A stretch of DNA of 11,198 nt from NCBI GenBank assembly GCA_043813875.1, contig JBDRKP010000044.1, forward strand, positions 1 through 11,198, written 5' to 3'. Position 1 is the stretch's first letter, and each line of letters starts with the position of its first letter. Positions 1 through 7,451 of the stretch are shown here, piece by piece. The stretch is from an archaeon (GTDB lineage: Archaea > EX4484-52 > B79-G9). A model generated the notes under the pieces. That model searched no databases. It had not been told where the DNA came from and was given only the letters and a program-made list of their open reading frames with translations. The position numbers were made by a program, and so were the translations under genes.

Positions 1-2
1 AG

Positions 3-80
3 GCAGAAACACCTTCAGAGGCGTTTATTCGGAAGATGAGGTCTGAAGTGTGGTTTGGCTTCGCTAAAGACTGGTTTTGA
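3..80 (+). CDS. Possible 3' end of a gene entering the window (..AETPSEAFIRKMRSEVWFGFAKDWF*)
   Basis: Open frame from window edge to TGA 78-80, overlapped by SD-like GAGGTGA (79-85) and followed by ATG at 90, as in an operon junction. No family recognised. Confidence 0.35.
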   Translation, partial: AETPSEAFIRKMRSEVWFGFAKDWF

Positions 81-107
81 GGTGATATTATGGCTGTAAA
101 ATATATA

Positions 108-500
108 TCAAAAAAGATGGAAATAATTACGGGATATCACACTTTCTTTTTTTGCGAGGCCTTTGGCGTAGGAGCCGAAGAGGATGGCTAGCGGGATGTC
201 TTTTCTTTCTTGTATGGATGTTATTGTTTTTCTTAAGGTTGGGTATTTTTCGAGTGTCTTTTGCAGGCGGTAGTGTTCTGTGATGCAAGCGTAGTTTTTT
301 GCCTCGATGTTTTTTTTGAGGCGGAATACTTTGTTTTTTCCTTCCATTTTGTAGTCTACTGCGTTTTCTTTGTAGAGGATATCCATGGTCCTTGATATCC
401 TCATGTGGTTTGTGCCTATGGTTTTTGCGAGTTCTCTTATGTGGCTTTCTTTTTTGAGGAGGGCGCTGATCAGCTCAAGTTTGATGTCTTTTTGTTCCAT
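108..500 (-). pseudogene. wHTH + minimal nucleotidyltransferase (MNT) antitoxin, truncated at the catalytic motif
   Basis: Likely start MEQKDIKLEL at 500 (TTTAAA box about 25 nt upstream). HTH-like HIRELAKTIGTNHMRISR. ILFGSYAKGLAKKES stops just before the expected DxD of GSx10DxD; similarity is lost at about 141. Confidence 0.75.
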
Positions 501-501
501 G

Positions 502-530
502 TGTAACACTGGTGTTACAAGCGATTTAAA
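502..530 (-). promoter_or_regulatory. TATA box and palindromic operator of the MNT gene
   Basis: TGTAACAC-TG-GTGTTACA (502-519) next to the ATG at 500; TTTAAA at 525-530. Confidence 0.6.
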
Positions 531-561
531 TCTTCTGTTTCTTATCGTGCTGCATGAGGGA

Positions 562-942
562 TTATTCATTCCTTGATTTTGTCCAGTCAAGAAATCTTCT
601 TGCGCGGATCAGTAGCATGTTGGCGTCTTTTACGGTTGTCTCTTTTTCTGTGTATCCGAATTCACCTCTTTTTTCAAGGGCCTCTTTTATGACTTCTTTT
701 TTGTTTTCTTTGCTTGCTGACGCTTCTACGTGGAGAAGCACCGCTTCACGATGGTCTTTGCTCGGTCTTTTTCCTATGGAGTATATGCAGAATGCGTCGT
801 TTGAGAGTATTATCGCTTGCGATGAGTCGAATGCTGATGCGTTGTAGCGCTGTTTCTGGTAGTTTTCAAGGGCGGATGAGTAGAATTCTTCTGCTTTTTT
901 CATGAATTTTTCTGATTCTTCTTTTCTTGTTTCTCTTGCCAT
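562..942 (-). CDS. HEPN domain protein (partner of upstream MNT)
   Basis: 126 aa helical protein: FMKKAEEFYSSA..YNASAFDSSQA..SKDH..KRGEFGY (Rx4Y). Start overlaps the 3' end of the MNT gene. Confidence 0.8.
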   Translation of the reverse strand: MARETRKEESEKFMKKAEEFYSSALENYQKQRYNASAFDSSQAIILSNDAFCIYSIGKRPSKDHREAVLLHVEASASKENKKEVIKEALEKRGEFGYTEKETTVKDANMLLIRARRFLDWTKSRNE

Positions 943-1517
943 ATTATGTCCTCCAGTTCTTTGCCGTATATCAGCCGGTGGGTGGCTGCGACGTTGAGTA
1001 TGAATTCTTCTCCTGCTTTTGCTTTTTTGATGAATTCTTCTTCTGTCATGGGCAGGATGGATATGTCTATGCCTATGTCTTCTGTGAGCGCTGCGGAGAT
1101 CCTGTATATCTCGTTTCCTTCTATTTCTTCTTTTAGAAGGACTATGACGTCTATGTCGCTTGATGGCTTTATTCCTGTTACGGATGAGCCGAATATCGCT
1201 ATGCTTATGGGGTTAAGTTTTTTGAGGTGTTTTTTCAGGAGGCTTTCTATGTCTTTTTTTAGGTTCTCGTCCTGATTCAATGATCTTGTGATGGATTCTG
1301 CGAGTCTTGTGGATGAGAGTTCGTATATGACGCTTCGGCCGATGGTTCTTTTTTTTAGGAGGCCGCTTTTTTCGAGGTCTCTTAAGCATTCGCTTGCTCT
1401 TGATTTGGAGATGGATAGTTTTCTTGCGATGTCGGATACCTGGTGGGAGCCTTTTTGTCTTGTGAAGAATGTGGCTATGTTTCTTTTGATTTTTGTGTCG
1501 AGTATGTCTTTTAGCAT
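900..1517 (-). CDS. ArsR-like wHTH + MNT nucleotidyltransferase antitoxin
   Basis: Start MLKDILDTK at 1517 (TATATAAA at 1540-1547). HTH VSDIARKLSISKSRASECLRDLEKSGLL; NTase IFGSSVTGIKPSSDIDVIV. Confidence 0.85.
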   Translation of the reverse strand: MLKDILDTKIKRNIATFFTRQKGSHQVSDIARKLSISKSRASECLRDLEKSGLLKKRTIGRSVIYELSSTRLAESITRSLNQDENLKKDIESLLKKHLKKLNPISIAIFGSSVTGIKPSSDIDVIVLLKEEIEGNEIYRISAALTEDIGIDISILPMTEEEFIKKAKAGEEFILNVAATHRLIYGKELEDIIWQEKQEKKNQKNS

Positions 1518-1539
1518 GATATGATCCTGTCTTTTTGTC

Positions 1540-1582
1540 TTTATATATTTTTTCGAACATATGTTCGATTTTTCGAACATAT
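1540..1582 (-). promoter_or_regulatory. TATA box and palindromic operator of the MNT-HEPN operon
   Basis: TATATAAA (minus strand, 1540-1547); perfect 16-bp palindrome TCGAACATATGTTCGA (1553-1568); repeated TCGAACATAT at 1573-1582. Confidence 0.6.
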
Positions 1583-2089
1583 CTCTGTTTTTTTGTCTTT
1601 GGCTATCAGTGTGATTTTGTGTCTTAGATCTGTTTTCGAGGTCCATCCGATTTTTTTGGCCTGTGGATTGATAAAGGTAGGGGGTTGATGCTGCCGATAG
1701 AGTTGTCGGCTTTTTTTCGGGCATATCCTGAGATGAGGTGAATGAACGTGATCAGCGATGGATCTGTCCTGTGTTTTCCTGATGGTCTTTTGTGCGGATT
1801 GTCATTTGATATATTGCTGATGCCATGATCACTGAATGGGTGGGGCAGAGGGGTGTCTGGAAGATGATTTAATGTGGCGTTGATCGTGATGACGCCGCCT
1901 TCTATAGTATATGCTGCTGTAGTCTGATGGGGGGATCGCGCCGGAGAACAGTCTTGATTGAGTTTGGGTGTTTTTGTTTGTGTGGTCGGAGATATTGCCT
2001 TCTGGTGAGGGTCAATCTTACAGGATTTTGTTTTAGATTGTTTTTACTGAACCGTGGCTGCTAGAAGAATGAGTGAAAACAAGATGAGT

Positions 2090-3865
2090 TCAGATCTTCT
2101 TGTCTTTGGCCATGATGATGATGAATGTGATTATAGAGATGATGTAGCCGGTGTATGAGGTTGTCTTTTTCAATTCTCGGTCTTTACTGTATTCCCAGAT
2201 GTTTGTGGGCTGGGATTGTTGTTTTTTTGATTGGCCGAGGGTCCAACTGTTGTCGTAGGTGTCGGTGAGGACGACGTACTTTTTTTCGGGCTCTTCTATG
2301 AAGTAGTGGGTGTCTGATATTTTTTCGTAGGATAATGGGGTTATGTCGTCGCCGTCTGTCTGGTAGATGATGTATGTGGGGTTGTTGTTGACGTATAACA
2401 GGAGGTTTGTGGTGTTTTTTATTAGGGTGAGGTCTGTCTGGTTTTGCAGGAATTCCTGGTATTTCTGGTAGTCTACTTCTTTTTTTAGCATGACGTATTT
2501 CACATTGATTCTTGCAAGCGATTTGCCGATGCTTGTGGTGTTCTCTTTTAGGGTCTGTTCTATGTATTCTGATCTTGGGTTGTTGCTGCTTGAGTAGATT
2601 CTTCCTGTTTCCATGTTGTCGCCTGTGATTGTGGGTTTTTGGAAGAATGAGCGGGCTACGTTCGCTAATCTTTTGTCTTTGTTTTTGTTCCATGAGTAGT
2701 CCATGTATTGGTGCCAGGGGAGGACGAGGGTGTTGAAGTCTTGCTTGTCGCTGTTTAGGTAGGCGTCCATCTCGTAGTAGTCTTCCGGGTAGTCCTGTGA
2801 GGGGAGGGCGGCGCTTAGGGTGAACATTCCCGTGGTGTAGATCAGGGGGATGATGAGGAGGATGTAGTTCTTTTTTATGGATTCTATGCCTTTTGCGCCG
2901 AGGTAGGCGTAGGCGAGGGCTGCGAGGCCTATGAATTTCTGGGGTTCTCTGAAGCCTTTGAAAAAGAATATGTTTTCGTAGAGGTATCTGTAGATGGGTT
3001 CTGTGTAGGGGGAGGTTATGCCTATGGCGATGATGAGGGATGCGAGCCAGATGAGGGCGAAGGCGTGGTCTTTTGTCCTGACGTAGCCGTGGACGGCAAG
3101 GAACAGGATGATGATGAAGAGGATGGGCCAGTATGAGGGCGGGGAAGAGGTTGTGCGCCAGAAGCCGTGCATGCCTGCGAGGGTGAAGGCGGTGTTGAAG
3201 CTTAGCGCGGGCCTTGAGCGGAAGACGGCGATGTCGTCTTCGGTGATTGTTGATATCTTTTCTGTTGGCTCCTGCAGGAGCCAGTAGGAGTTGAGCAACA
3301 GGATGATTGCGATGACTTTTATTGCGGGGATGATGCTGGTCTTTTTTGGGTTTGTTATCATGATTGCGATGAATATTGTGAGGGTGATAAAGAGGTTGTG
3401 GAGGTTGAGGATTCCTGTCGCGGCGATGATGAGGGCGGCTGATGTTGTGTATTTTTTCGGGTCTTCTTTGAATCTGAGGATGTATTTTACTGCCAGGGGG
3501 GTTATTGCGTAGGCCAGGAGGAGGTTGATGTGGCCTGCAAGGAAGCGGTCGAGGACGAAAGGGTTGATGGCGTAGAGGAGGGCGGCGTAGTATTTCGGGG
3601 TTGCGGATTTGGCGGGGATGAGGTCGTACATCGTGGTGAGTGAGAGGAAGATGACGAGGAATATGAGGAGTTTCTGGATGATTTGTGAGGGGAGGAATAG
3701 GTTTGTTATTGCCAATAGTGTGTAGAATGGGGCTCCGCTTGACTCGAAATGCGTTGTGTAGACCTGCGGGGGGATCATGTCGAGTGAGAAGATGTAGCCG
3801 GGGGCTAGCATGCCCCACATGATCAGGATTGTTAATGCTGCAAATATAATGTGGTGTTTTTTCAT
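2090..3865 (-). CDS. Polytopic membrane protein, GT-C glycosyltransferase-like (YfhO/AftD-like architecture), intact paralog 1
   Basis: 591 aa with many TM segments. Motifs GYIFSLD, AALLYAINPF..RFLAGH, FKGFREPQKF, YPEDYYE, LVLPW, NVKYVMLKK; extracellular C-terminal domain and final TM. Family call is by motif recall only. Confidence 0.7.
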   Translation of the reverse strand: MKKHHIIFAALTILIMWGMLAPGYIFSLDMIPPQVYTTHFESSGAPFYTLLAITNLFLPSQIIQKLLIFLVIFLSLTTMYDLIPAKSATPKYYAALLYAINPFVLDRFLAGHINLLLAYAITPLAVKYILRFKEDPKKYTTSAALIIAATGILNLHNLFITLTIFIAIMITNPKKTSIIPAIKVIAIILLLNSYWLLQEPTEKISTITEDDIAVFRSRPALSFNTAFTLAGMHGFWRTTSSPPSYWPILFIIILFLAVHGYVRTKDHAFALIWLASLIIAIGITSPYTEPIYRYLYENIFFFKGFREPQKFIGLAALAYAYLGAKGIESIKKNYILLIIPLIYTTGMFTLSAALPSQDYPEDYYEMDAYLNSDKQDFNTLVLPWHQYMDYSWNKNKDKRLANVARSFFQKPTITGDNMETGRIYSSSNNPRSEYIEQTLKENTTSIGKSLARINVKYVMLKKEVDYQKYQEFLQNQTDLTLIKNTTNLLLYVNNNPTYIIYQTDGDDITPLSYEKISDTHYFIEEPEKKYVVLTDTYDNSWTLGQSKKQQSQPTNIWEYSKDRELKKTTSYTGYIISIITFIIIMAKDKKI

Positions 3866-3939
3866 AGTATATCAATAAGAATGCTTTTTTTTTAATCACT
3901 TTCTTTTGGCATTGCCTACAGGATCAATGATTGCGGCTC

Positions 3940-4731
3940 CTATTTTGTGAGTTCCATGAGGACTGTCTTTATTTCGATGAAATCGAATCCCAAGACTCTG
4001 GCAACTGATGTCATGTCTTCATCAGATATGCTTTCTATAACGGATTTGGCTTTTGTCTTTTCATAAAATGTGAACAGGATATCTTTTAGGGATGAAGTGG
4101 TTTCGTCTGTGTAGAAGAGCAATGCAAACAGGTCTGAGATGTCTTTTATTCTTTTGTGGTCTTTGTCTCTTTTTGGGAGGGAGTTGAGTTTTGTGGCTAT
4201 GAGCAAGGCTGGTGAGGGAAGTATAACTTCTGTTTTGAATACTTTTTTGTTTTTTCTTAATATCTTATTTTCAAATGCATGTCTTAATAATGGCTCGTCT
4301 ATGGGCACAAAGCCGAATGTCGATGTGAATTGGGGGTGGATCGTGTCTACGATCGGGTCGATGTAGAGGGGGAATATGGATGGTGAAAATAGTTTTTTGG
4401 ATTCTTCCAATGTCAGTTCTTTTTCTGTTTCTGTGTGGTAGTTTTTGAATAGTCTTGAGCCCTGCCATTCAAATCCCTCGCCTTCAAGGTGCCGGGACAT
4501 TTTCGAGAATGGGCTGTCTTTCAGCTGGTCTTTGTTCCAGGTTAGGTCTATGTGAAATCCGAGGTCTATGTCGCGTGAACCCGAATAGTTGCGGCCCCGG
4601 GCTTTTTTGAAGTTGTTGTTTACGTGAAGATAGACTGCCCAGCCGCCAAGCAGTACAAGGTCCGGGTATGTACGGATTATCTTTTCGAGGTATCTTTCTG
4701 AGATCTCTGTTTCGTATCGTTCATAGTGCAT
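3940..4731 (-). CDS. AbiEii-like (DUF1814-type) nucleotidyltransferase, putative type IV TA toxin
   Basis: LVLLGGWAV..SRDIDL and LIATKL..R..KRIKDISDL motifs; overlaps the upstream HTH gene. Confidence 0.7.
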   Translation of the reverse strand: MHYERYETEISERYLEKIIRTYPDLVLLGGWAVYLHVNNNFKKARGRNYSGSRDIDLGFHIDLTWNKDQLKDSPFSKMSRHLEGEGFEWQGSRLFKNYHTETEKELTLEESKKLFSPSIFPLYIDPIVDTIHPQFTSTFGFVPIDEPLLRHAFENKILRKNKKVFKTEVILPSPALLIATKLNSLPKRDKDHKRIKDISDLFALLFYTDETTSSLKDILFTFYEKTKAKSVIESISDEDMTSVARVLGFDFIEIKTVLMELTK

Positions 4732-5308
4732 TTTTTTCTACCTTTGCCATGAGCATTTCTGCTGCTTCTTTGCAGACGCTGCCTTCTTTTAGGAGGTCGA
4801 GTATGAGCTGGGGCAGGGATACGATGAATAGTCCCTGCTTTTTTGATGTGTTGTAGAGTGCGTGGTCGTCGGCTATCAATATGCGGACGTTTCCTTTTCC
4901 TACAAGGCCGTTTTTTCTGAGGAGGGCGTGCCATTCAACGAGGTCTTTTTCTTTTATGTAGAAGTCTGTCCTTGAGGGGAAGAGGTAGTTCTGTATGAGG
5001 TTTTCTGCCCTGTATGTGGTGAGGGCGTATTTTAGTGTTGTTTTTTTGAGGAGTTTTTCGGGGTCTTTTAGCATGTATTCTCTTTTTTTGGGGGTTGTCC
5101 GGATGGTCTGCCAGTGGCATATGAGTTTTTTTATGTCCGGGACTGTGGTGCCTTGTATGAGGTTTTCTTTTTGGAGCTGTTTTATGTACTGGTGTGTCCA
5201 GGCGTATGATGAGTGAGATTGTTTTGATATCGCGTACATGGTCATGCCGCCGGGGTTGTTTAATAGTACGCGGATGATTCTTTCCTGTTTTGTGCCTCTT
5301 TTTGCCAT
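4721..5308 (-). CDS. AbiEi-like wHTH antitoxin/regulator
   Basis: Start MAKRGTKQERII at 5308 (TTTATAAA at 5330-5337). HTH TMYAISKQSHSSYAWTHQYIKQL; C-terminal YALT..A, VSLPQLILDLL..EAAEML pattern. Confidence 0.7.
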   Translation of the reverse strand: MAKRGTKQERIIRVLLNNPGGMTMYAISKQSHSSYAWTHQYIKQLQKENLIQGTTVPDIKKLICHWQTIRTTPKKREYMLKDPEKLLKKTTLKYALTTYRAENLIQNYLFPSRTDFYIKEKDLVEWHALLRKNGLVGKGNVRILIADDHALYNTSKKQGLFIVSLPQLILDLLKEGSVCKEAAEMLMAKVEKNAL

Positions 5309-5315
5309 ATGTATA

Positions 5316-5344
5316 GGTAACTGGCAGGGTTTATAAAGGTTACC
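5316..5344 (-). promoter_or_regulatory. TATA box flanked by inverted repeat
   Basis: GGTAAC-N17-GTTACC enclosing TTTATAAA, just upstream of ATG 5308. Confidence 0.5.
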
Positions 5345-5924
5345 GATATGATTTTTTGTTTTTGGGTTTGTGGCTGTAGTCGGGCTTGGATAAATACATG
5401 TCGCCCTGCACTTTTTTTGTGTTGTCTTGTTCTTTTTTTGCGAATAATTTTCCTTTGAGGGCGGATATGGCATCTTTGATGAATGTTTTTAGCTTTCCTG
5501 TAATGTCTTTTAGTATGGATACGATGTATTTTGCTGTATCGCTTAACTGATCTTTTTCGTAGCGTAGATTTTTCGGGATATCTTCTTTTTCTTCTATTAT
5601 GTCGTCTTCGGGGTTCTTTATGTATTCTATGAACTGGGCGAGGACGCCGACGCATAAAAGGTAATAGGCGAGGATGGCGGTCTGGTTGGCTGCGGATTCT
5701 GTCTGGAAGGCCAATTGGAATGCGCTGACCATGAGGAGGATGAGCGCGAAGGCGATGGGGATGCGCGAGTCCTGTTTTCTTATGACGATGATTGCTAATA
5801 GGATGATGAAGGTTGTGAGCTGGATGAGTTCGTTTTCTGTGAAGCGGGCGATGAGTATGGCTATGGCCGTGATTGCTATCGGGAGGTCAAGGATTGTCTT
5901 TAGTTCGTCTATGGGTTTTTTCAT
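5340..5924 (-). CDS. Small membrane protein (about 4 TM) with charged C-terminal tail, intact paralog 1
   Basis: Start MKKPIDELKT chosen by alignment to the paralog start at 9278; DSRIPIAFALILL..ANQTAILAYYLLCVGVL. Confidence 0.75.
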   Translation of the reverse strand: MKKPIDELKTILDLPIAITAIAILIARFTENELIQLTTFIILLAIIVIRKQDSRIPIAFALILLMVSAFQLAFQTESAANQTAILAYYLLCVGVLAQFIEYIKNPEDDIIEEKEDIPKNLRYEKDQLSDTAKYIVSILKDITGKLKTFIKDAISALKGKLFAKKEQDNTKKVQGDMYLSKPDYSHKPKNKKSYR

Positions 5925-6162
5925 TCTATCGCTTCCTGTCGCGTTCCATGAGGCGGGATGTTTCCTCTGCATGCGATTATTTTTTCATGATTGCAAATAT
6001 GTTTTGCAGGAATTTTCTTGAATGTTCAACAGATTCTTTGGCAAAAGGCTGATTAGCCTGTGGAATGGTGCGGTATGTAAAATGGCCTCTCTTCCATTTT
6101 TCTCTTTCGAATATGTTCAGGAGCTCGTCTGCGGTGAATATCATCTCTTTGTATATTTTTAA

Positions 6163-6244
6163 TATAGTGAATCCAACAACTTTTGAGCCAATGTTGGATT
6201 CCCATATACTCAATCCAATAATCCAATAGTTATTGGATTGACTA
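6163..6244 (-). mobile_element. 82-nt twin-hairpin insertion A2 in HEPN gene
   Basis: GAA CTA|TAGTCAATCC..GGATTCACTATA|TTA AAA. TA duplicated; 12-bp and 10-bp perfect stems; 77/82 identical to A1. Confidence 0.85.
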
Positions 6245-6365
6245 TAGTTCGAGGTCAAGTATCCCGGTGTCGACGAATTCTTTCCTGAATTCCTCGTAAG
6301 TCCTCTTGTGGATTTCCGGCGGTTTGGGGTCTATGCCTTTTGTCAGGAGCAATGCTTTGGCAGCG

Positions 6366-6438
6366 TAAAAAATCGTGAAATTTTGATGATATTGTGCAAT
6401 TTCAAGCTTTTTATTATGAGGATATACTTTTATGTGCA
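6366..6438 (-). other. 73-nt insertion D in HEPN gene with 10-bp direct repeat
   Basis: ATT TTT TA|TGCAC..CACGATTTTTTA|C GCT GCC. CGATTTTTTA repeated (6366-6375, 6439-6448); removal restores YYAIFYAAKA. Confidence 0.8.
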
Positions 6439-6536
6439 TAAAAAATCGCATAATATGAATGGGATATTACAGCACTGTAAAATGTGTCCCAGGTTTCGGC
6501 CTGGACTTGCTTTTTTATGTCTTCGCTAACAGATAG

Positions 6537-6618
6537 TATAGTGAATCCAACAACTTATGATATGATGTTGGATTCCCATATACTCAATCCAATAATCCAA
6601 TAGTTATTGGATTGACTA
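6537..6618 (-). mobile_element. 82-nt twin-hairpin insertion A1 in HEPN gene
   Basis: CTG ATA|TAGTCAATCC..GGATTCACTATA|CTA TCT. TA duplicated; near-identical to A2. Confidence 0.85.
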
Positions 6619-6620
6619 TA

Positions 6621-7283
6621 TCAGCAGGGCTTTTGCAAGCCGCTGTTCGTTTTCTGAGCGTTCGCGGTAAAGCTTGGATAAGTGAATCCATGTTTTTTCG
6701 CCTCGTTTATTATCAGGTAATAGTTTTGCGCCCCGAAGTATATGAGCCGGTTCTTATAGATCAGCTTTCCGTAGTTCTCTTCTTTTGAAAGAAGCATGGC
6801 TATGTATTCTTTCTGCGTGAAGACATAGGGATGCATTTGGGGGATCATGAGTTCTCCCTTGTTCTTCAGCGTGTTGTGGATTGATGTTGTGTCGCTGTCG
6901 GTGATGACTACTATGTCTAAGTCGGATTTTTTTGCCTGTGTCCCTTTTGCGTAGCTTCCGGCGATTATAAGTGTAAAATATGGCGTGCCTATCATCCTGA
7001 ATATCTCATCGATATTGGGTATTTCCCGTTCGCATGCTTCAAGTTCGTCTAATAGCGAGAGGTATTTTATTGCAAGGGCTGATTCCAGGTCAATCCTCGC
7101 TATCTTTGAATGCCCTTTGGTTTCCAGCTTGAGGATACCCTTTTTTGCAAGCTTTTTTACTGTGTTGAATGTCCATGAATAGGATGTTGTCTTTATGATC
7201 CTCGAGATCTCGTTGATTGTAAATGAGCCGGAAAGCTGTTTCCTGAAGATGTCGATTATTCTCTGTTCTTTTTTTGTCAGCAT
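6621..7283 (-). CDS. wHTH + MNT nucleotidyltransferase antitoxin
   Basis: HTH FTINEISRIIKTTSYSWTFNTVKKL; GSYAKGTQAKKSDLD (GSx10DxD); SD GGAGGT 7 nt upstream. Confidence 0.85.
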   Translation of the reverse strand: MLTKKEQRIIDIFRKQLSGSFTINEISRIIKTTSYSWTFNTVKKLAKKGILKLETKGHSKIARIDLESALAIKYLSLLDELEACEREIPNIDEIFRMIGTPYFTLIIAGSYAKGTQAKKSDLDIVVITDSDTTSIHNTLKNKGELMIPQMHPYVFTQKEYIAMLLSKEENYGKLIYKNRLIYFGAQNYYLIINEAKKHGFTYPSFTANAQKTNSGLQKPC

Positions 7284-7285
7284 AT

Positions 7286-7340
7286 ATTATACCTCCGAAA
7301 GTATAATGTTATACTTTTATAAGTATATTATGTTTATATA
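7286..7340 (-). promoter_or_regulatory. TATA box, two tandem palindromic operators and SD
   Basis: ATTATAC-N8-GTATAAT (7286-7307) and TATACTT-N4-AAGTATA (7310-7327), 22 bp apart; TATATAAA at 7333-7340; GGAGGT at 7291-7296. Confidence 0.6.
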
Positions 7341-7451
7341 TCTTTTGATGGTCATCTCTTCTTTTTGGCTTATAGGCGCAACGTGACGATTTGCGGCGTT
7401 TTTGCGGGTGAACACCGATAATTACGCTATTGTCCTTTACGCCGGCAAGAA

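Larger units (their letters stand above)
5977..6691 (-). pseudogene. HEPN protein gene split by three insertions plus a 1-nt frameshift near the start (pseudogene or spliced/recoded gene)
   Basis: Removing 6537-6618, 6366-6438, 6163-6244 and one nt near 6680 gives 158 aa: MDSLSKLYRERSENEQRLAKALLI|LSVSED..TFYSAVISHSYYAIFY|AAKALLLTKG..EIHKRT..DTGILDLEL|LKIYKEM..EKWKRGHFTY..IMKK. HEPN hallmarks YYAIFYAAKA, H and Rx4Y are present, downstream of an MNT gene. Confidence 0.85.

Noticed and set aside
1518..1724. N-terminal extensions in the ORF track (also 501-590, 5309-5473, 5925-5972, 8131-8264)
   Set aside because: They run through TATA boxes, operators or neighbouring genes; downstream ATGs fit promoter spacing or paralog alignment better.
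1600..2089. Possible degraded gene downstream of GT-C-like paralog 1
   Set aside because: Coding-like skew and a short hydrophobic stretch (ELILFSLILLAATVQ), but multiple stops and no recognisable family.
2184..3899. 571-aa same-strand alternative-frame ORF
   Set aside because: Pro/His/Arg-rich shadow of the real gene, explained by C-rich third codon positions; no recognisable domain.
6163..6618. A1/A2 as a CRISPR array
   Set aside because: Only two 82-nt copies separated by 292 nt of mostly HEPN coding sequence; no repeat-spacer periodicity and no cas genes.
6530..6630. Canonical bulge-helix-bulge (EndA) intron boundaries
   Set aside because: Manual test of the three TA-slip boundary positions for A1 gave no 4-bp central helix. 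Relaxed BHL forms were not excluded.
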